Source: Octopus vulgaris
Lineage: Eukaryota
Length of the DNA stretch: 64,000 nt
Assembly: GCA_951406725.2 (NCBI GenBank)
Contig: OX597816.1
Span: forward strand, 123,504,001 to 123,568,000
Reading direction: 5' to 3'
Part shown: positions 52,869 through 64,000 of the stretch, one piece after another
Position numbering within the stretch: the stretch's first letter is position 1
How the letters are laid out: each line of letters opens with the position of its first letter
Translations under genes and position numbers: made by a program
Notes under the pieces: model-generated
What the model was told of the DNA's origin: nothing
Database searches by the model: none
The model's input: only the letters and a program-made list of their open reading frames with translations

Positions 52869-53350
52869 TGTTTTCTGTTTACATTTAAGGGAGAGGCCTA
52901 TCAACTATTCACAACCTTTAATTGTTCTATAGGTTCAGGACCAATATACTAGCTGTATTTACTGAATCCACCTCCTATAAGTCGAGCACACACACACACA
53001 TGCACATGTATACAAACAGACATACACCTCCACATGCACACACATGCCATTCACACACATTCACATACACACACACACACACACCTACACATGGCATATG
53101 TATGGATTGTAATCTCTGTTTTCTGTTTACATTTGAGGGAGGGGGCCTGTCAACTATTCACAACCCTTAATTGGTTTATAGGTTCAGGACCAACATACCA
53201 GCTTGTCTACTGAATCCACCTCTTATAAGTCTAACACACACACACACATATGCACACAAACATATAGCCCCCACACGCACATGTACATGCACACACATTC
53301 ACACACACACACACACACACACACGGCATATATATGGATTGTAATTTCTG
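52869..53350 (+). repeat. Tandem duplication, ~248-bp period
   Basis: tgttttctgtttacattt...caactattcacaacc...ataggttcaggaccaa...tactgaatccacctc...ggcatat.tatggattgtaat.tctg begins at 52869 and again at 53117. Confidence 0.93.
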
Positions 53351-53659
53351 CTTTAACAAAAACTTCATGTTTGTTTCTTTTCTATTTCGCTACTTTTCAC
53401 TTATTTTCTAATTATCATTACATTCAAATGCACAGCCCAATGGGTAGATTATACAATATGTTCACACTGGTTCAAAAGAAGTTGGAGAATTCATTCAGGA
53501 AAATAGAATAATGAATTCTTGAGAAGTTTTCATAATTAGTTTACAGATGCGTTTAAGTACTTCTATGCATAAAATATTGTCCATATTTTTAAACTCAGTA
53601 TATCATAAAACAAATACATATTTATATACCCAATCAATTTATTCAATAATTTGATATTG

Positions 53660-53698
<39 letters not shown>

Positions 53699-53849
53699 TA
53701 TAAGTGTGTGTATTTGTATGCATGTATGTATCTGTGTGTATAGCTTTAAAAGCCATTGCAGGTCCCATAGTCACTGAAAAGAAAAGAAAAGCAAGTACCT
53801 TGTTAATGATGGTCATACTCATCTAGCAAGTCAACAGCTATCATTCATA

Positions 53850-53850
53850 A

Positions 53851-53941
<91 letters not shown>

Positions 53942-54131
53942 CGTATATATGTATATACGTATATATGTATATATATATATGTATATACGTATATATGTAT
54001 ATATATATATATATACGTATATATATATATACATATATATGTATATATATATGTATATATGTATATGTATATATGTATATATTTATATATATATATATGT
54101 GTATATGTATATATGTATATATTTATACTTA

Positions 54132-54187
<56 letters not shown>

Positions 54188-54237
54188 ATATGTATATGTG
54201 TATATTATGTGTGTATGTATGTATGTATATATATGTA

Positions 54238-54286
<49 letters not shown>
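53850..54286. repeat. Long (TA)n-based microsatellite
   Basis: Direct reading. Similar tracts at 42695-42858, 62760-63032 and 63760-64000. Confidence 0.95.
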
Positions 54287-54288
<2 letters not shown>

Positions 54289-54907
54289 CGGGGCTGGAAT
54301 AAAAAGAACACAACAAACAGAAAAATAGAAAATTAGACAAAACCATAATACACGGAAAATTCCTAGTCCAAATGATCATAGTGATTTCATGTTTTTAACA
54401 TTGACACCGCTCTATATTGGCAGTACCAGAGCAGAAAGCTTCTGGGAATAGCTAACGAAAATATATAAGGACAAAACAAACAAGATGGGCTAAAGTAATG
54501 TAACAATCTTATGTATGCAACAAAAGAATAATAATACAAATACAACAGGAAAAGAATAATTATATACATACAACAGGAAATGGCCTCTCAACTGTCAAAT
54601 GAACATATGTGAGGTAACACAAATGAGAAATGGAAAATGTCCTAAGGGACAGAGAGAGGAGCCTGTATGTATATAAGTATGTGTGAATGTATGTATATAT
54701 ATCTGTATATGTATACAGTTTATGTTATACATCATCATCATCATCATCGTTTAACGTCTGCTTTCCATGTTAGCATGGGTTGGACGATTTGACTGAGGAC
54801 TGGCAAACCAAATGGCTGCACCAGGCTCCAATCTTGATCTGGCAGAATCTCTATATCTGGATGCCCTTCCTAACGCCAACCACTTCGAGAGTTTAGTAAA
54901 GGATCCA

Positions 54908-54981
54908 CATCCCTGGGTGGGCTCGAACCACCAACCTTTCAGTTAACAGCCGAACACACTAACCGATTGCACCACAGTGAC
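54908..54981 (-). tRNA. tRNA-Asn(GTT), probably a pseudogene
   Basis: Minus strand GTCACTGTGGTGCAATCGGTTAGTGTGTTCGGCTGTTAACTGAAAGGTTGGTGGTTCGAGCCCACCCAGGGATG, 74 nt, anticodon loop CTGTTAA, intact T arm. Several CpG>TpG changes weaken the stems. Confidence 0.9.
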
Positions 54982-55871
54982 ATTCCTATACAAATTTAGA
55001 AATTTCAACAGACATGAAACATATCATTGCTTACTATGGAACTATGAGTAGATAAATCTACAAATAATAGCATGTAGATAGGTTAAAAATCATATGTAAC
55101 ATCATCATCATCATCATTTTAACATCTTCTTTCCCTTGCTTGATGGAATTTTTGATGTTGAATTTCTAAGATTGATTACCCTTCCTGTCACCAGCCCTCT
55201 CCTCTTTCAAAATAAAATAACATAGCTGGACTTACTTTCACAGATGACTGAAAAGTAAGGATATGACTTTGATGACAGTGATACTTGCTTACAACTATGT
55301 TGTTAGGTCAAGAAAGAGACATGGTTACACACAAGTATACACACATTCAACACTGACTTCACATGGTGAAGTTGGTCCTGAAACAAAAATGGATGAAAGG
55401 CGAGAATGAATGGGAAGAAAATGAAAGGGTTGTGAGTTGCCCTGTCCTATAATTTGGTGTGAAATATTTCAGATTTTGCCAAGTAGTAATGTTACTCATA
55501 GATATACGCTATCAGAGCACTCTAGATTTTTCTGCTCACAAAGTAAATTATAAATTTTTGACAGCATTTTTTGGCTAGTGTAGTGAGGATGATGAGGGAA
55601 AAGATGGTCTACAAATAAATTTAAAGTAGAGTCTCTCAGAGCTGAACTGGGAGAAGAGGGACAAATATTGTGGTACTGGGAGAAGAGGCAAACATTATAG
55701 GACTGAGAGAAGTGGACTCACATTTTAGGACTGACCTAAGAGTACCCTGGTGTTGATCCTACTTACCCAAATGAATTAAGTGCACATCTGATACTGTAAT
55801 CGTAATTCAGTCACTTTTTTCTGTCTTTTGGAAATTTGGTTCTCAGCCAATGGGAGAGCCTCCACTTGATT

Positions 55872-56256
55872 CCTTTATTCTTTTACTTGTTTCAGTCATT
55901 TGACTGTTGCCATGCTGGAGCACCTCCTTCAAGGGTTTTCGTCAACCAAATTGACCTTATAGCTTATTTTTTAAGCCTAGTACTTATTCTATTGGTCTGT
56001 TTTGCCAAACTGCTAAGTTACAGAGATGAAGCACACCAACACTCGTTGTCAAGAGGTGATGGGCAGACAAACACAGACACAAAGATACACACACACACGC
56101 AGCAGGCTTCTTTCAGTTTCCATCTAACAAAATCACTCACAAGGCTTTGGTTGGACTGAGGTTATAATAGAAGACGCCTAAGGTGCCATGCGGTGTAACT
56201 GAACTAAGAACGATGTGGCTGGGAAGCAAGCTTCTCACCACACAGCTACACCTGCA
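55872..56256 (-). mobile_element. SINE family B, near full length
   Basis: Reverse complement colinear with 32668-33090. Confidence 0.88.
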
Positions 56257-57155
56257 GTGTGATTGCTGATCATTATTAGAACTAGCCCTTAAAGTCTCAC
56301 TTAAATGACATCTTACACTTATAAATAAATGAGGAAAAACAGAACTTATTAGATTATATAGTTCTACATAATCTCTAAAAATATAAATTTGATGGGCTTT
56401 GAATTTAGCTCTGATGGATCTGCTTCAATTTGTTCTAAACAAAAAGAGAACTGCAACACCACTACTTTGGCTACTGAAAATAGGACCATTAATTTCTTAA
56501 GTAATTCTTATTTAAAGGTCAGCTACCTCAGCGTTAACTGGAGGTAATCTAATTTGTCAATGGCAAACCTCCAAAATTAAGATCAGTTAATCTTCATAAT
56601 GTTTGACAAGAAACATGCTTGTTATTCAGAATTTTCTAGTATCCACTTCATCAATAGTTTAACAACCTTTGGCAGGCTGATACAATTCATTCATGCTATC
56701 TTAGAAAAACAAATGGATATTATGTAAAGTCTTAATGAACATTGCAATCGCATGCTTCTTTTGCACATTCACAAACTACTTTTATTTTTGTATGTATTTA
56801 AAGAGGAAAAAATATTTTATTTCATTACACTTAAGCAATGTTCAATAGGATCTCAACCTGTGTAGGCATGCTGTAAAATATTGCTCTGTGTATTTGACAT
56901 GGCTCAAATTACACATTTGGTGAAACAAGACTACATGCACACAAACATATATGTATTTACGTGAGCTTGAAAATATTTCTTGTTAGTTGAAATGATTGCA
57001 GTAGAAAGTATTAAATAACCAGTATATAAAACTCTTTATTTGTATCATATATTGAGTAGTTAAACTGAAATAACTCTATAATGATTTAAGAAAAACTTTA
57101 TATAAATATATATATATATATAAAAGTATACATATATATATAAATATGCATATAC

Positions 57156-57388
57156 TTATTTCTTTGCTAGCCACAAGGGGCTAAACACAGAGGGGACAAA
57201 CAAGGACAGACAAACGGATTAAGTCAATTACATCGACCCCAATGTGTAACAGGTACTTAATTTATTGACCCTGAGAGGATGAAAGCAAAGTCAATCTTGG
57301 CGGAATTTGAACTCAGAATGTAATGGCAGATGAAATACGGCTACACATTTCACCCGGCATGCTAACATTTCTGCCAGCTCGCCGCCTT
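57156..57388 (-). mobile_element. SINE family A, full length, 12-bp TSD
   Basis: Reverse complement of the consensus. TSD atatgcatatac at 57144-57155 and 57392-57403. Confidence 0.9.
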
Positions 57389-59223
57389 GGTATATGCATA
57401 TACCATCATCATAGTTTAAAGTCTGTTTTCATGCTGCCATGGGTCAAACGATTTGACAGTATCCAGTAAGCCAGATGACTTTGGTGAGCTCCAATGTCTA
57501 CTTTGGCATTATTTCTCTGGCTAGGTCCCTCTCTTACTTCCAACCATTTTACAGAGCATACCAGTTGCTTTTTTTTTTAATGATACAAGCACTAGTGAGG
57601 TCACAAAGTAACTTGCATGACAACAAAAAAAGGCTCTTCAACTGAGTGAGGTTTGAAGTAAAGAAGAATGTGGCTTTCCGCCTGGTGTTGAGAGATTAAA
57701 GTATGATGGAAGAACAGGCACAGGTATCTTGCTATAGAGCAGATACATAGCTATCCAGTATTGTATAAGGGTGAATAGGAGTAGCTGGTAGCAAGACAAA
57801 GATGGTGGTGATGTGGTGTCTGAGTGTGGGTGTCGGAAAATGGGTGAAAGGGGAAATATATGAGTTTAGTTGAGGTAGAAGTTGAATAGCTGTACAGAAA
57901 AGGTAGAGAGTTGCAGTTTAATAAGCTTAGATAGATAGATCTGAAAATATGGAGATGATGTACAAATTGAGAGAATGTGAGAGAGGGAAAGAGTGAGAGA
58001 GTTGTATAGTGTCAGAGATGAAGGCAGAGGTGCCTGGGATGGAGTTAGTGAATTGGGGGATCAAAGATAGTGGTGGTGGAGGGGCTATCAACACCAGATA
58101 TGAAATAGTATTGAAGACAAGGAATGGCAGTCCTAAAATATATCTCAGAGGAGAAGAATAAATAACTGGGTTCACAGCAAAAGGTGGTCCATGCAAAATG
58201 AAGTGGGAAGGCATGGTGTCAAGAATGAAGGATGGATTTTTTTTTTAAAAAGTGGCTCCAGGGAGAGGAGGAGTTAACTGGTTGCATAAGATGAAATGAA
58301 ATGAGTGTATATTCTGTTCTCATATGATTACAACAGCTGAATAGTGCCACAGTAAGAAGAATGATGAAGGGATGGGTGTAAGGTAAAATAAAAAGTGGGG
58401 AAGGATCGATGAGGACAGATTGGGTGCAAGGGTAGGCCCCGGTGAGTACATAGACACAAGGATAATACTTTTAGGACCACTCTTTGCTGTGACATCTTGG
58501 TCTTCTCAAGCACCGCATATCACCAATCAGTCTTTCATCTTCTTCATGAGGCTCAACATCTTGAGATCAGCCTTCACTACTTCATTTGTTTTTGTATATG
58601 CATGTTTAGAATGAGTGCTGTTACATTATAGATGCAACACAGATACTGAAAGAAAGCTCTTGGAAACAAATGATAATTAATCTTTGACTTTTAACAGTGT
58701 ATTAATACAGTAACACTTTTATCATATATTACATGTGTTTTAGTTGTGTTTTGTTCATTTTATAGCAATGAATATTAAGTGTTTTAGTCTTCTGACAGCC
58801 ATTAACTAAAGCATTTTACTCTCATATTGCAATTTTTCCAGTCCCTTTAATGAATGCTTTTAATTTTGAAAAATGTTTTTATTTCATTGACCTTTCCAAT
58901 TTATATTCAGTTATCTGGGATATTGGGATGTATATGTCAAATCACTTGTATACACACATACTTACATGCATATATATATACACATATATTTACTTACACA
59001 AATATGCACATATATACATACATGTATTTACTTACATATGTATGCACATAAATACATAAATATATACATTCTTATATAACACATGCATACATACACAATA
59101 GATGCATACAACTGCCAACATATCTACATAAAGTCTAAAACAACAAACACCAACGACAGGTTCTTTCAACAAATAGAGATACAGCTTGTATCAGTGTCAC
59201 AGAAGGGAACATTACTCCAACGA

Positions 59224-59441
59224 CTAAGCCTTTTGTTACTATATTTCAGATGAAATACACTACCTTACTTTCAATTAATTTTAAAAATCATGATTTGTAA
59301 AACAACTTTACCACTATTAAGCTGGTGTTGAAAACATAACATGAAATTTTGAGGGAACATCTTGATTTATCATTTTAAAATATGAATTTTGTGTCATAGA
59401 ACCAAGAGCAGTCTCAGACAAGTTGCTATGAAAAGGGTTAA
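59224..59441. mobile_element. Possible TTAA-type MITE
   Basis: Degenerate ends ctaagccttttgttac and gctatgaaaagggttaa. Confidence 0.35.
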
Positions 59442-60407
59442 TATATGGGTTGCTTTTGATATTTCCATGCAAATTCATATTTTCGTTTCTATTTATAAAC
59501 CTAAAATTCTGCCATTAAAAATTGTAATATTAATTTCTTGTGAAGATATTCAAGTCTTACCTTATTACTATGCACAACATACTAATATATTTCAGCTGTG
59601 CTCTGCAACACACAAATATAAAATAACTAAACTGCCTATAAACCTATTTTAAATTGACATTTTCACCTGTAAACCTCAACTATATCTAATGAACTAAATG
59701 AAGGAAATTAAACATAACTAGATAACACGAACACTTAGAGTGTTCGGTTTTAGTCTAATGACAAGTTTTAGGAGGTCGTTTAATGAAAAGACCATTTAAT
59801 GTACATGCTAGGAGATACATCACTTGATGCATCCATTTTATCGTAATAGAACTGGTAGAAAGGAGTGCTGAAAATTGCGATATTTGCATATTGCTGGAGC
59901 AATTATTTTTATAGATGAATATCTATAAAATTACTCAGATAGGATTGATACTAATTTTATATATTGAAGAGTTGAGAGAAAGGGAGGAATATTGTGGGAT
60001 TAGGAGAAGGAGGCACACATTTTAGGTCTGGCCTATAGCATTGAATACCCTGGCACTGTCCCTGGTTAAACAACTATGTTAACTGTACATTTAATAAGAA
60101 CATAATTCAATCATTTTTCCCCCTTTTTTATTCTAAACAGAAGAATACCCAGAAACGTAACACATGTTTAAAATATTTGAAACAGTTAGTTCAGCAACAA
60201 CTATTTGCCTCAGAAAGAAAAATATTTAAATAAAACATTATTACTTAAACTTAGCTAAATTTTGTAGTAGATTAACAAGAAGGTTCAAAAAGAAAAGAGC
60301 AGATGAAATAAATGTAAGTTCATAAAATTTAGTGCAATCAACTTTGATGGGAAAAATAATAGAAACACCTCTTTACTTTCATTTTCAGATATATGTTTTC
60401 TACAAAG

Positions 60408-60445
<38 letters not shown>

Positions 60446-61989
60446 TGTGTGCGTGAGAGAGAGAGAGAGTGTGTGTGTGTGTGTGTTGTTTGTGTGTGAA
60501 TTGAAAAGTACAAAAATAAAATGTCACTAATTTTTCAATATTACTAACATTTAAAGAAGCAGCCTGAGAGAATCATAAGTATTCCAGACAAAATACTTAG
60601 CAGCATATCATCTGCCTATGTCCTGAGTTCAAATTCTGCCAAGGTTGACTTTACCTTTCATCCTTAAAGAGACATGAAATTAAGTACTTTAGTTTCACAT
60701 CAAACTACTTCATTCAAATGACAAATCCATGACTTTATGTTTCAAGCCCAACATCTAAACCACTAAGCCATGTGCCTTCACACACACACATTCCTCTGCC
60801 TCAGCTACCTTATTGATAATATTGTCCCAAATGGAGGCAGCATTCAGTGGTGAGGACCACTTTTGTTTTGCTGGGTACAAGACAAACTCACTAGTGCTAG
60901 TGCCACAATAACATATATCTAGTACACTTTGTAATGTGATTGGCAAATGAGTAAATACAATAGAGGATGGGGAGGGCCCTTTGGTCTTGACTAATGGGAA
61001 ATGTGACTAGCTTTCTAAAATACAATTTAGTAAAATATAATTTAGTGAACTGAGAAACTACATCCAGCATACTCAGTAATGTGGTTGGTGTATCTCAAGG
61101 GTAACCAGCTGCAGAATCCATGCAAAAATAAGATGTATGAATGCAACAATGTTGTCCGACCTGTTTTAGACAACAGTTCTGCTTTTCCATAATGGCTTGG
61201 GTTGCATGAGTTGTCTTGATCCAAGTCAGTTTTTATTTAGACCTATAGATAGACCAGGGACCAATTTTCACTCATACGTTGCATTTTGGCATGGTTTCTA
61301 TGTTTGGATATCTTATCCATCACCAACTGCTTTGCTGAATGCACTGGATGCATTTTATGGTACTAATACAAGAGAGGTTATCTTATCGCCATTAAGAAAG
61401 TTTTCTCAGTCCTACAATGTTTCCATTCACACAAGCACTACCACCAGAGAGGTTGTTTTCCCTTTGATAATAAAAACGATTCCTCTCTTCTTTGTGTATT
61501 CTTCACTTGTTTCTTTCTTTCCTACACAATTGAGTGGGAAGAGACTCACAGTGTGAAGGTGATAGGGTGAAAAGCAACAGAAAAAATGCAGAGGGTAAGA
61601 GCAAGAAAGTGATAAGACAACTACCTGAAGGATGTACTGAGATGAGGAGGACCAACATAACAAAGAGGTTGATAAAAGAGAGGATAATGTAAAAGAACCA
61701 AAGGAAATGGGTGATAGAAAAGAGGGTATTGGAAGACAGAGAAAATATGGGAACTAAGAGATAGTGATGAGAGAGAAAAAGAGAGTAAGAAAGAGTAACT
61801 AATAGAAGCCTAAACCCCTAGAAGTCATCTTTAATGTGACTCAATCCTTTCACTCTGTCTCATACCATCTGATGAAATGGACATGTCCTTTGTGTCCATG
61901 AAACTTTAAATCATAAGGAGCTGAGTCAAGTTTATTAAATATATATATTTGTGGGTGGTGGGGAACATTTTGTAAACAAATTGTTTCCA

Positions 61990-62375
61990 TATTCCCAAAA
62001 GTTATTACTTAACATTAAAGCTATTGGTAATTGTTGTCAGGGGCTACTTAACTTAATAGTACAGAGCACTCTAGTCTGAGTGATTTTCTATAAGGTAGAG
62101 ATCGGGATTTCCTTTGCTTCTATTATGGCATGTTGAATTAACTTGTTGGGGTATTTTTGTTTCTGAAGGAATATATTAAGTTCTGCCAGTTATTTCTCTT
62201 GTCTAATGTTATATGTGACTTTTGAGCATATGCACCTTGCCATATTAAGTGATATGTTCCTTTTTGTATGGAAAGGATGGCAAGATCTAAGATCTAAATA
62301 TTGGTGTGTGTCTGCTTTCTTGTAGCAGAGGTCAGTTGTAATTGTCTCATTTTCTTTAATTTTCAGAATATCCAT
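61990..62375 (-). mobile_element. Penelope-like RT C-terminal (thumb) remnant
   Basis: DILKIKENETITTDLCYKKADTHQYLDLRSCHPFHTKRNI matches the PLE pattern T(D)xYxKxTxxxxYLxxxSxHPxxxK. Confidence 0.8.
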
Positions 62376-62385
62376 ACATGTATTA

Positions 62386-62762
62386 TTTTATTCTTTTTTT
62401 TCTTTAATTTGTTTCAGTCATTTGACTGGATCACCACCTTTAGTTGAACAAATTGACCCCTTGACTTATTCTTTGTAAGCCTAGTACTTATTCTACTGGT
62501 CTATTCAGCCAAGCTGCTAAGTTACAGGGGTGTAAACACACCAACATTTGTTGTCAAGCGATGGGGTGGGGGACAAACGCAGACACACACAAACACACAC
62601 ACACATACACACATGTATATGTTTCTGTCTACTAAATCCACTCACAAGGTTTTGGTCAGCCGAAGGTATAGTAGAAAACACTTGCTCAAGGTGCCACGCT
62701 GTGGGACTGAACTTGGAAGCATGTGGTTGGTAAGTTAGCTACTTACGACACAGCCACTCCTA
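62386..62762 (-). mobile_element. SINE family B copy
   Basis: Reverse complement colinear with 32668-33090, ending cacagccactcct. Confidence 0.85.
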
Positions 62763-62838
62763 TACACACACACTCACACACACATATATACATATATATA
62801 TGTGTATGTATGTACATATATATGTATGTATATATATG

Positions 62839-62885
<47 letters not shown>

Positions 62886-62886
62886 G

Positions 62887-63036
<150 letters not shown>

Positions 63037-63929
63037 AGTATTATGTATGCATATATAAATTCCCTTGATACACACATACACACCATGGGCAAGTGTCTAC
63101 TTCTATAATCTTGGGATTACTGAAGGTTTGTGAGTGAATGTGGCCGATGGAAACCATAAAGGTACCAAATGCATATGTATATAATTGTGTGTGTGTGTGT
63201 GTATGTGTGTGTATGTGTGTGTGTGTGTGTGCGTGTGTGTGTGTCTGTGTGTGTGTGCTTCCTTGCATTGATACTTATTTTGGGTGAAGATTGTAAACAA
63301 AAGTTGCCATTTATACAAAAATGTCTAAGACATGTCATTTGTCTGTAATCTTCCATACCAGCTTTGGACATTGAGTTGCAAGTTGCATATGTTTAAAGAA
63401 TTTGGAGGAATATCATTAACCTTCTTTAAAACAAGTGAGGGTTGGCAACAGAAAGAACATTCAGTTGTAGAAAATCTATCCCAATGTGTTTTCATCTGAC
63501 ACATGCAAGCCTGTAAAATTGTATCCTGAAATGATGATGATGACACACACGCACACAAACACACAAGCAAATAATGACCTTTGATCTGACCCATTCAAAC
63601 ATGAAAAAATGGACATTAAATAATGATGAGGATAATGGGGAAGACATCAGTAGTCACAGATCTTTTTCATGTCTGAAAATTTCAGTTTCCTCTTGATAAA
63701 ATGGCTCCTTTGTGTTAATAACATTGATGACTGAAATAGTCAATCATTGAATTAAATAATGTGTGTGTGTGTGCATGTGTGTATATGCATGTACTTATGT
63801 ATATATGTAAATAAATATATGTGTGTGTATGTATACATATATGCATGTATGTTCTAGTTATATATATATATATGTATATGTGTGTATATATATATATGTG
63901 TATGTATGTATATATATGTATATATACAT

Positions 63930-63985
<56 letters not shown>

Positions 63986-64000
63986 ATATATATATATATA

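Overview
Eukaryotic, AT-rich, microsatellite-dense DNA. The SINE families and repeat load suggest an octopod cephalopod (inference). The window holds the 3' part of one + strand gene, a receptor-type guanylyl cyclase. It has four catalytic-domain exons (3552-3726, 16319-16417, 20105-20196, 30224-30303) and a phase-compatible terminal exon (40140-41157) encoding a ~339-aa low-complexity tail. Its upstream exons lie left of the window. The rest is intron or intergenic sequence containing tRNA-derived SINEs, decayed Penelope/RTE/RLE-type retroelements, MITEs, a CpG-decayed tRNA-Asn copy and a degenerate 18S rRNA 5' fragment. Almost all other ORF-track entries are microsatellite or repeat artefacts. 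Most notable observations: (1) recurrent fold-back elements with minimal hammerhead-ribozyme cores at their outer ends, plus a Penelope remnant whose terminal region pairs a tRNA-like Pol III head with a hammerhead; (2) a 236-bp copy of the gene's own last exon inserted cleanly into a SINE in the preceding intron; (3) a splice donor that overlaps an in-frame stop, allowing tail-less and long-tail cyclase isoforms.
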